Program-made: the position numbers and the translations under genes
Origin: Macrostomum lignano
Taxonomy: Eukaryota
Direction of reading: 5' to 3'
Assembly (NCBI GenBank): GCA_002269645.1
Contig: NIVC01000005.1
Location: 1-45,129 of the forward strand
DNA length: 45,129 nucleotides
In this document: positions 1 through 10,700 of the stretch, in pieces
Layout of the letters: the number at the start of each line of letters is the position of its first letter
Position numbering within the stretch: position 1 is the first letter of the stretch
The notes under the pieces: generated by a model
Told to the model about the DNA's origin: nothing
Seen by the model: only the letters and a program-made list of their open reading frames with translations
The model's database searches: none

Positions 1-2631
1 GCTTGAGGGCTCTCGCCCCGTAGCCCGCGTGTTAAGGCACTCACTAATGACCGTTTTTCTAAACTCTCTGTTGTGAAGAGACCTGACGGCTCGGTCACAG
101 AGAGTTCGGAAGAGACTCTAGAGCTCATGCTCAACAGTTTTTTCCCTAAATCTCCGACTCAGCAGGGCCCGCCCGACCACACAGTGGGAGGGCAAGGCCT
201 AGCAAAGTCTATGATCACCAAAGACCGCATTATTAGAGCGGCAAGGTCCTTTAACCCGTTCAAGGCGCCTGGGCCCGACGGCATCTACCCAGCGTTCTTG
301 CACGAGGCGGTGAAAAACCACCGCTTCCTGGACCTGCTCTGTCGTCTCCTTCGAGCTTGTGTGGAGCTGGGCTATGTACCAGTTGCATGGAGAGAGGCCC
401 GGGTGGTCTTTATCCCCAAGCCTGGAAAGAGCGACTACCAATCGGTGAAGGCCTTCAGGCCTATCAGCCTCACTTCTTTCTGCCTCAAGCTCCTCGAGAG
501 ACTGGTGCTTTGGCGCCTACTTTCGGTCGAGCTGAAGCGCTTCCCACTCTCGCAGAACCAGCACGCCTTCCGCGCGGCAGGTCAACCGAGAGTGCTCTCC
601 ATGTCATTGTTGACTTCCTGGAGAGGGCCGTTCTTGCAGCGGCTTTGCCCTCTCGCTTTTCCTGGACATTGAGGGGGCCTTCGACAACGTCATCTTCGAG
701 GCCTTTTGCAGAGCCCTGGAATCCAGGGCCACGCACCCTCACCTTGTCCGGTGGATCATGTTCATGATCCGAAACCGCACTGTTGTGGCCCACCTGAGCG
801 GCAGCTCTCTTTCGGTGCCTGTCCTGAAAGGGGCCCCCAGGGCGGCGTTCTCACCCCCGTTCTCTGGAACATGGTCATGGATGAGTTGCTTTGCAGTGAT
901 CTCCACGACCCCATTCTCAAGGTGGGCTATGCCGATGATGTGACCGCGATATGCGCGGGCCCCTCGGTTGATACCATCAGAGACCTTCTGCAGGGCTTTC
1001 TGGGACGAGCGGAGCGTTGGGCAGACCAATGTGGCCTTAGACTCTCAGAGTCGAAAACCACAGCAGTCATGTTTACCAACAAACTGCTCTGGACCATTAA
1101 GCCCCTCACCCTCTATGGAAAGAATATTTCCATGGAGAAGCAGGTCCGCTGCCTGGGCCTCACTCTGGACCACAGGCTTAACTGGACTCCGCACATTCAA
1201 ACTAAAGCCAAAAAAGCCCTGGCTGTACTGGCTCAGATCAGGCGCGCCGTGGGCACCACCTGGGGGCTCACCCCCAGGAAGCTGTGGTGGATTTACACTG
1301 CCATCATCCGCCCCTCGATCAGTTACGCCAGCCTCGTGTGGGCTAGCGGCCTGAGCGTCAAGAGCAACCTCGACGCTCTCTACAAAATCCAGGGCAGAGC
1401 CTGCCGCATGACTATGGGCGCTCCACCCTCTACTCCTTTTGAAGGCATGAATGCCTTCCTCTGTGCCCCTCCTTTGGATATTTATATCAAAGGAGAGGCG
1501 GCGAAGAGCACCCGGCGTCTTCTGGATGCTGGGGTGGCCTTCAAGAAAGTGCGGGCCTTTAAGAAGCGGTCGCTTATCCCGCACTCTGACCTCTGCCTCA
1601 AGGCTCTCGAGGAGTGTGGCGGGCTCAACATCCTCACGGACTCGATCCCAGCCACCCTTCTCCTGAGCCAAAGGTATAAGGTCACCATTCAGCCTCGACA
1701 CGAGGCGAGTGACAGCTGGAGCGACTCTGAAGTCCACTGTTACACTGACGGCTCTATGAGGCATGGTCTTTCAGGCTTCGGAGCTTGCGTCTTCTTCAAG
1801 GGAGAAGTGGTGTGGAACTACTCCCAGCACACTGGGCTCAACTCCAGTGTTTTTCAGAGCGAGGTGCTTGCCATCAGCTCCTGCGCGGCAGAGCTGCGCC
1901 GAAGGCAGCTTAGCGGCCGGAAATTTATTTTTCACTCTGACAGCCAAGCAGCCCTTCGGGCCCTCTGCCGCAGCACCGCCAGCTCCAGGTCCGTCCTGGA
2001 CTGCAACACCCAGCTCAACGGGCTTGCGCTAGGCAACCAGGTGGAGCTCAGATGGATCCCGGGCCACGCCGGCTTCCTCGGCAACGAGCGCGCTGACCTG
2101 CTGGCCAAGGCTGGCTCCGCCGGCGCGCTATTGGGGCCGGGCCCGGGTGCCCCCATCCCCGCCTCGGTGATCAATTCCCGCGTTAAGCGCTGGGCTGACT
2201 CCGAGCATCTCCGCAGGTGGCACGACACCCGGAATTGTAGGCAATCCCGTGCTGCCGTCCCCTGTCCCTCTCCTCTCCTGCGTAGAGCCCTCCTCAGGCT
2301 CAACCGCAGAGACCTCAGAGCAGTTAGCATGGCCCTCTCCGGGCATGGCTGCTTCTCTCGCCACCGCTTCCTTCAGGGCCAAGTACCCGAGGAGCGGTGC
2401 CCCTTCTGCCGCTCAGGCAGTGAAAACGCCGAGCATTTTATCTGCCACTGCCCGGTTTTCACCAGGGCCAGGCTTACTCACCTCGGGCCAAACCCGGTTC
2501 TCTCCGACGTTTGCAGGCCCGAGAGCATCCCGCTGCTCGCCCGGTACCTCAGGGACACCGGACGAGCTGATTTCTTCCCCACCGTCGGTGAGGAGGACCG
2601 CGCTGCAGGCGAGACCGACGGGTCCCCCTGA
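1..2631 (+). pseudogene. ORF2 (RT-RNase H-CCHC) of the element, interrupted by about four 1-nt deletions (~35, ~577, ~640, ~832); intact from ~835 to the stop at 2631
   Basis: Conserved RT motifs continue across frames (QHAFR/AGRSTESAL, FLDIEGAFDN, G[C]PQGG); the ORF track splits them into 73..672, 357..767, 758..943 and 706..2631. Confidence 0.75.
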
Positions 2632-2748
2632 GCGACACCACTTCAACGGAAGTCGTTGGTCGCCAGGGCTAGCGGAATGGGCGGTCTCCTCCGCCTCCTC
2701 GCTGCATCCGCCGGACGCCCCCTGCAGCTAAGTCAAGTAAGTCAAGTC
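1..2748 (+). mobile_element. Non-LTR retrotransposon (I-group, LOA/R1-like); 5' part runs off the window
   Basis: RT motifs KAPGPDG, FRPISLTS, FLDIEGAFDN, PQGGVL, GYADD, TWGLTP; RNase H motifs YTDGS, SDSQAA, WIPGHAG..GNERAD; C-terminal CPFC..HFICHC knuckle; ~100-nt 3' UTR; TAAGTCAAGTAAGTCAAGTC tail at 2729-2748. Confidence 0.9.
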
Positions 2749-3430
2749 CTTTCAAGGAAATGTGTCAGCTCTTTTAATCATAATATGGAAATGTGTCAGC
2801 TCTTTTGATCATAATATGGAAATGTGTCAGCTCTTTTAATCATAATATGGAAATGTGTCAGCTCTTTTGATCATAATATGGAAATGTGTCAGCTCTTTTA
2901 ATCATAATATGGAAATGTGTCAGCTCTTTTGATCATAATATGGAAATGTGTCAGCTCTTTTGTCCTTTCAAGGAAATGTGTCAGCTCTTTTAATCATAAT
3001 ATGGAAATGTGTCAGCTCTTTTGATCATAATATAGAAATGTGCCAGCTCTTTTGTCCTTTCAAGGAAATGGTGTCATTTTCTTCATTTATTTCTCGGAAA
3101 TGTTTCATTATCTTTTATTCTTTCTAGGAAATGTGTCATTTTCTATGACTCTTTCTAGGAAATGTGTCATTTTCTATGATTCTTTCTAGCAAATGTGTCA
3201 TTTTCTTCATTTCTTTCTAGGAAATGTTTCATTATCTTTGATTCTTTCTAGGAAATGTGTCATTTTCTTTGATTCTTTCTAGGAAATGTTTTATTTTCTA
3301 TGATTCTTTCTAGGAAATGTGTCATTTTCTTCGATTCTTTCTAGGAACTGTTGATTTTTTATTCTTTCTAGGAAATGTGTCATTTTCTTCTATTTTTTCT
3401 AAGAAATGTTTTATTTTCTTCGAGTATTTT
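2746..3430. repeat. ~31-bp minisatellite: GGAAATGTGTCAGCTCTTTT(A/G)ATCATAATAT, grading into a degenerate TTCTAGGAAATGTGTCATTTTC family
   Basis: Direct tandem periodicity; both halves share the core GGAAATGTGTCA. Confidence 0.9.
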
Positions 3431-4157
3431 TAGGATATCTGGCAATGCGTATTCTGTCACGCATTATGTTCAATTTCCATCAGCTCTGTTGACTAACTTA
3501 GAATCTGACTGTCACCCTGAGTCTCAGTTTTGCCAAACTTTTCACTAACAAAGAATTTAGTCTGGAGGGTTTCTTCAGACGCTGACCAATCTGCTCCTGA
3601 CAAACTCTTCAATATATTTATAAACTCTGCCTCTGAGCTCGGCGAGTGAAAGCGGAACTGCGTGACAAAAATTATTGGAGAGAAAAAGCGCGAGCTAACC
3701 AAACACCAAAAATTGAAAATAATTGTTTTTGGGAAATCAGTGCAGGGGTGGCGCAGAAGGGCGTGAACTTGTGGCCTTCAGACCAGAGGGTTGCTTAGCC
3801 AAAACCAACAGGTTTAAGTGTTGAGCGGAGTGACTTCATCAAGTCTAAATGAATTCAAACGGTTGCAGTCACAGTTTACCTATATTATATATATCTAGTG
3901 GGAGCAGCTCACTTTGAAGCTAATAATGAGTTTAAGCTGAGGCTTGGAATCCCTCACGAGCTCACGCGGATTTTCGCAGTGAGAACCCGCAAGTTCAACG
4001 CTGCTCAGCGCAGGACTAAACCGGAAACAGCTGAAAGGCGGAGCTGCAGACCTGAAACTCAAAAAACAGCAATGGAATTTCCATCACAAAAAGCCAAGGT
4101 GAACAAGGAGGAGAGACAATGAAGCCGGGAGGAGTCTGGGAGGCATGGGGAGCGGCC

Positions 4158-4789
4158 CTAGGTCTCCTGGCCGGCCTTGGCGGCTGCTGCGGCCTCCTTG
4201 GCTGCTGACAACTCCGAGTAATGATCCCGGTTGCCCTCCAGCGTGTTGAGGATGTGCTCAGCATCCGGGTGCACCAGCTCGGTCCAGGCCTCCCACAGCG
4301 GGTGCACGATGAAGTCGATGAAGGACACCTGCGACTTCTCCACGTTGGCGGTTTCCCGACAGCACATGGGGCTGACCGGCAGGCCGAGCGCCTTCTCGCG
4401 GTCGCCCTGGCTGAAGAATTCCTCCATGACGCGGGTGACCCACTGGGAGGACAGCGGCATGGGCTTGGCCGGGTTGCTGAGGTCGGCGCAGTGCACCATG
4501 TTCTGCATGATCTGCATCTTCTCGCTGTAGTTGTCCAGCTTCAGCAGGCAGCCGCCCGCCACCTTCTTGGTCTCCACCATGGTCTTGAGGTCGGCCAGCA
4601 GCGACATGTGCTTGCTCATGTCGGTGGCCAGCACCATGTCGATGACCATCTTGCGGAGCTGCTTCCGCTGTCCGTCCTCCAGCTGGCGCAGGATGTTGCT
4701 GTTCGGCTCCTGCAGCAGCTTGAAGGCCACGGCGCAGTGGTGATTCTCCAGCACGCTGGCGTCGTTGTACATGATGGCCAGCTCGTTCT
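4158..4789 (-). CDS. PDE4: PDE4 last exon (catalytic C-half, stop TAG)
   Basis: Acceptor ccccgccgcag|; (E)[17 protein letters not shown]...AGQET*. Confidence 0.95.
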
Positions 4790-7700
4790 CTGCGGCGGGG
4801 AGGGGGTCAGGCTGTCAGAAGAATCTCGTCAGAGACATGCTCATGATGTCAGGAGGGTCTGGTCATGATGTCAGAAGGATCTGGTCATGATGTCAGAAGG
4901 ATCTGGTCATGATGTCAGAAGGATCTGGTCATTATGTCAAAAGGATCTGGTCATTATGTCAGAAGGATCTGGTCATGATGTCAGAAGGATCTGGTCATGA
5001 TGTCAAAAGCATCTGGTCATGATGTCAGAAGGATCTGGTCATGATGTCAGAAGGATCTGGTCATTATGTCAAAAGGATCTGGTCATTATGTCAAAAGGAT
5101 CTGGTCATGATGTCAGAAGGATCTGGTCATGATGTCAAAAGGATCTGGTCATGATGTCAGAAGGATCTGGTCATGATGTCAGAAGGATCTGGTCATGATG
5201 TCAGAAGGATCTGGTCATGATGTCAGAAGGATCTGGTCATGATGTCAGAAGGATCTGGTCATGATGTCAAAAGGATCTGGTCATTATGTCAAAAGGATCT
5301 GGTCATTATGTCAGAAGGATCTGGTCATGATGTCAGAAGGATCTGGTCATGATGTCAGAAGGATCTGGTCATCATGTCAGAAGGATCTGGTCATCATGTC
5401 AGAAGGATCTGGTCATTATGTCAAAAGGATCTGGTCATTATGTCAGAAGGATCTGGTCATTATGTCAGAAGGATCTGGCTGTGATGTAAGGAAATGGAAG
5501 TGAATCTGCTGGATAGATCCAGTCAAGATGTCAGGTGACTGTATCAAAGTCATCAAGAGGATCTACATGTATTCAGTATCAAGAGAATTCAGTCAGGTCA
5601 GTCTAATCAAGGTGTCAGGATGGTCTAATCAAGGTGTCAGGATGGTCTAATCAAGGTGTCAGGATGGTCTAATCAAGGTGTCAGGATGGTCTAATTAAGG
5701 TGTCAGGATGGTCTAATCAAAGTGTCAGGGTGTCTAATCAAGGTGTCAGGATGGTCTAATCAAAGTGTCAGGTCAGTCTAATCAAGGTATCAGGATGGTC
5801 TAATCAAAGTGTCAGGTCAGTCTAATCAGGTGTCAGGATGATCTAATCAAGGTGTCAGGGGTGTAGGGCGTACGTTACACTCTCTGCCCCAAATTATTAT
5901 TCATGACTCGCCCTCTCGCCTAAACTTGTTCACCAAGTCTCGACCAATCACGCATCGCTTCACCCCCACCCCACAATATTGAATAATAAATATATTAAGT
6001 TAACAAAGCCATACAGAGGCCACCTTTCTCGGCACGCGAACCTAGACTTTACATTGGCATCGCAAGCAGTCAGAATGTCTGTGCCTCCGCAGCTATCCCC
6101 GCCTGAGCAGTTTAATGATGCAACAGAGCAGCACAATCTCTCAGCAAAGTGGGAGGAGTGGTCCTGCCGTGTCAAAAGGTTTGTCACAGCCAGTGGCATC
6201 ACAAGTGCGAATTCTTCTTTACGTAGGCGGCAAGCAGCTGGCGGACAAATTCAAAGAGCTGAATCGAACTGGAAAGTCTCTTGACGATCTGATCGAGGCA
6301 TTCAGGACTCACTACAGCGACAGGCATTCAGGACTCACTACAGCGACAGGCATTCAGGACTCACTACAGCGACAGGCATTCAGGACTCACTACAGCGACA
6401 GGCATTCAGGACTCACTACAGCGACAGGCATTCAGGACTCACTACAGCGACAGGCATTCAGGACTCACTACAGCGACAGGCATTCAGGACTCACTACAGC
6501 GACAGGCATTCAGGACTCACTACAGCGACAGGCATTCAGGACTCACTACAGCGACAGGCATTCAGGACTCACTACAGCGACAGGCATTCAGGACTCACTA
6601 CAGCCACAGGCATTCAGGACTCACTACAGCGACAGGCATTCAGGACTCACTACAGCGACAGGCATTCAGGACTCACTACAGCGACAGGCATTCAGGACTC
6701 ACTACAGCGACAGGCATTCAGGACTCACTACAGCGACAGGCATTCAGGACTCACTACAGCGACAGGCATTCAGGACTCACTACAGCGACAGGCATTCAGG
6801 ACTCACTACAGCGACAGGCATTCAGGACTCACTACAGCGACAGGCATTCAGGACTCACTACAGCGACAGGCATTCAGGACTCACTACAGCGACAGGCATT
6901 CAGGACTCACTCCAGCGACAGGCACAACCCCGTGTTCGTCAGGTTCGAATTCCGGCACTGCATCAGCAAACTGGCGAGTCACTGGAGGCCTGGACACAGC
7001 GCCTCTACGCAGCAGCCGATGGCTGCGAGTTCGAGTCCCAGCGCGACTTGCTCAACCGAGACCAAATAGTGGCCGGCTGCAGATCCGCCCAGCTCCGGCG
7101 GACACTCCTGCAAACTCGCAACATCAGCCTAAAGGACGCACTGCAGCAAGCAAGAGCCTTCGAGGCGGTGGAACTTCAATCAGCAGCCATGGAAGCGCGG
7201 AACAACGAGACGATAAACTCGATCCAGCGAAAGCGCCACGGCCAGGAGCCCCGATCGGAAGCCAAATGCATTCGGTGTGGAGAGCTGGGCAAGAGGACTG
7301 GCAAGAGGGAAAACCTGCCACAAATGCAACAAAATCGGACACCTGGCGAAGGCTTGCTTGTCCAGCCCCGGCGGATTCGAGGAGAAAGTGCACGCGGTAT
7401 CGGCCCAGGGGCGAGCCGAGCCAGAGGACCTGGAGAGCAGCTGCGAAGTTTTCTGTCTCGAATCCCGAAGGAATCGCCTGCCGCGCGTCAGGGCGACCAT
7501 CCGAAGCCGCAAAGCCGACCTTCTGATCGACAACGGCGCCGGCTGCAACCTGATGAGCCTGAAGACCTTCTGGTCCATCGGGGGCAGGGCAAGGGACCTC
7601 CAGGCATGCAGGCGTCGAGTGCTATTTATTAGTCAATACTACCCACATACATACAGACAACTCATTCTTAGGATATAGGATTGTGGGGTGGGGGTGAAGC

Positions 7701-10700
7701 GATGTGTGATTGGTCGAGAATTGGTAAAAAAGTTTAGGCGAGAGGGTGAGGGACAGAGAGTGTAGCGTACGCCCTACATGGGGCATCCACTCACCGGTGT
7801 TGATAAGGAACTGGTTGGTGACTCCCGGATGGTTCACATCGTGGATGGCGCAGGCGAAGATGCTGGCAAGGATCTCCAGGTCGGAGAAGACATTGTCCAG
7901 CGCCTGGGCGTTGAGCAGCACGTGGGTGCTCTGGGTGACGTCGGCAGCGTGCACGGCGTTGTGGTAGGGGTTGTCCTGCTTGTAGTGCTGCTCCACGTGC
8001 AAGAAATAGTTGACTAGCGTGCTGGGGTGGATGCGGAACTTGTTGAAGAAGTCGCGTTTCTGCAGGACGGGCGGCGGGGCGTCGCTTGCTTTAGTACTGT
8101 GTCAATTCCCGTGACTTGTTGGGAGAATTGTGTCAGTTCCCGTGACCCATTGGGAGAATTGTGTCAGTTCCCGTGACCCGTTGGGAGAATTGTGTCAGTT
8201 CCCGTGACCCATTGGGAGAATTGTGTCAGTTCCCGTGACCCGTTGGGAGAATTGTGTCAGTTCCCGTGACCCATTGGGAGAAATGTGTCAGTTCCCGTGA
8301 CCCGTTGGGAGAATGGGCGGGAACCCCGGATTCGTGAGGGCGCACACAGAATCGAATCCGGGCTGCACTGGTGCAAGAGAGGCGAGTGCGTTACTTCTGA
8401 GCTGCTCACCTCCGCGATGGCGTACACCACGGTGACCAGCGGGTGCTGGCAGGACAGCCGGTCCACCAGGAAGATGTCCAGCCCCCAGGTGCCCAGGCTC
8501 TGCGCGAACAGCTCGCTGAGCTGCTCGGCGTGCGGCGTCTCCACGCCGAGTCGCGGCGGCAGCGGCCCCTCAGTGGGCGTCGGCGGCAGCACGGCGGGCC
8601 GCACGGGCACCTTCGTCATGGTGCCTCGGGCGCCGCTGGCCTCCGCTGGTGAGGACGACGGCGCTGACGCGGGCGACCGCTGAGTGTCAGGAAGCGTCCC
8701 CGACGTTGAGTTCGTCGACGGCTCCAAGAATTCCGCGGCGGCGACGGCAGCAGCGGCAGCGGCAGCAGCGGATGCAGTTCTGTCATCGTCGTCTTTCTCT
8801 GTGTCAGAGTCCGCGCGTCAGAATGTGCGTCAGAGTCAGTGCAACAATGTGTGAGAGCATGTGTGTCGGAGCACATTTCAGAGCATGTCAGATAATGTGT
8901 CAGCTCATGTGTGTCAGATTTTGTGTGTCAGATCCTGTGTGTCAGATCATGTGTGTCAGATTCTGTGTGTCAGATCATGTTTGTCAGATCAAGTGTGTCA
9001 GATCCTGTGTGTCAGATCATGTGTGTCAGATCCTGTGTGTCAGATCATGTTTGTCATATCCTGTGTGTCAGATCATGTTTGTCAGATCCTGTGTGTCAGA
9101 TCATGTGTGTCAGATCCTGTGTGTCAGATCAAGTGTGTCAGATCCTGTGTGTCAGATCATGTTTGTCAGATCATGTGTGTCAGATCAAGTGTGTCAGATC
9201 GAGTGTGTCAGATCGAGTGTGTCAGAAAATCAGTGCCAAAGCCATAACCAAGGATCAGTAATCGGCTCACCCAGGAATGTGGAGGTGATGTAGCTCTCGA
9301 TCTGGTTGGAGGTGGCACCAGTGGAGCTTGGCCAGCTGCTCATTCGCTCCAGCTCAATTTTGAGCATTTTTTTGAACTGAAAAGCCAAGGGAAAAGCCGA
9401 ACAAATGAGTGTTGAAACAGCTGATGAGACCAACTAAAGCTGGCGGCAGGCCATCCTCACCTTGCTGGAAGCCATGTCCGCCACTGACCGGTGCGTCTGC
9501 ACCGTCTCCAGCTGCTCCAGGCACCACTCGAGGTCCTTCAGTGTCTTCTCCGCCAGGTGGTTGTCGGCGAAGCTGCCTGCAATGCCGCCAGGGACTTGCA
9601 GATGCAGGATAAGAGCAGGGGATCTGTGAGAGCAGGGGATCTGTGAGAGCAGGGGATCTGTGAGACCAGGGGATCTGTGAGAGCAGGGGATCTGTGAGAC
9701 CAGGGGATCTGTGAGAGCAGGGGATCTGTGAGACCAGGGGATCTGTGAGAGAAGGGGATCTGTGAGAGCAGGGGATCTGTGAGAGCAGGGGGATCTGTGA
9801 GAGCAGGGGATCTGTGAGAGCAGGGGATCTGTGAGAGCAGGGGATCTGTGAGAGCAGGGGATCTGTGAGAGCAGGGGATCTGTGAGAGCAGGGGATCTGT
9901 GAGACCAGAGGATTAACCTTACAGTGAGGTTGAGCTGGGAATCCAGAGGCTGTCTGGTCCAGTTGACTTTCTTAATTAATCAGTCTCATTTTTGTGATGA
10001 GCTGCCAGTCCCAGCGCATTCTGCATGGTTGCCACTGAGGACTGATTCCACTGGAGCTGCGCCCAGCTTCCTGGGAAATGCCGAGGACCCCCTCCCCCCT
10101 AGACGACCTCATCACCGACATTGGCTGCCCATGCCAATAGAAATTTTGATCAGAATTTTAATAATATTGAGAAAACTCGCATCCGACTGACACCCGCAGC
10201 TGGTCCGAGGCGGCTTACCTGCATCTCCAGCTGGCGCCCTGCGGCTCGAACTGAAAATTCAATGAAAAGTACGCATGAGGAAACCGCATGAGGAATCTGC
10301 AGCTGCGGTAGGGGAGGGCGGGAAACTGCATGAGGAATCTGCAGCTGCGTTAGGGAGGGCGGAAAACTGCATGAGGAATCTGCAGCTGCGGTAGGGAGGG
10401 CGGGAAACTGCATGAGGAATCTGCAGCTGCGGTAGGGAGGGCGGGAAACTGCATGAGGAATCTGCAGCTGCGGTAGGGGAGGGCGGGAAACTGCATGAGG
10501 AATCTGCAGCTGCGGTAGGGAGGGCGGGAAACTGCATGAGGAATCTGCAGCTGCGTTAGGGAGGGCGGGAAACTGCATGAGGAATCTGCAGCTGCGGTAG
10601 GGGAGGGCGGGAAACTGCATGAGGAATCTGCAGCTGCGGTAGGGAGGGCGGGAAACTGCATGAGGAATCTGCAGCTGCGTTAGGGAGGGCGGGAAACTGC

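Larger units (their letters stand above)
5862..7778 (+). mobile_element. Ty3/gypsy LTR-retrotransposon remnant: LTR, PBS, gag, protease, then an inverted partial LTR
   Basis: TGTAGGGCG...CGCCCTACA ends; gag and aspartic-protease motifs inside; no RT or integrase. Confidence 0.85.

Noticed and set aside
3740-3800. tRNA/SINE-like GGGGTGGCGCAG start
   Set aside because: A-box-like only; no GTTCRA B-box or cloverleaf
4221-4868. Antisense ORFs over PDE4, CASD1 and RT exons (also 35613-36272, 37589-38080, 1045-1764)
   Set aside because: Expected shadow ORFs of GC3-rich coding sequence
5862-7778. DIRS-type element (inverted terminal repeats)
   Set aside because: TG..CA termini, PBS and an aspartic protease are gypsy features; no tyrosine recombinase is present
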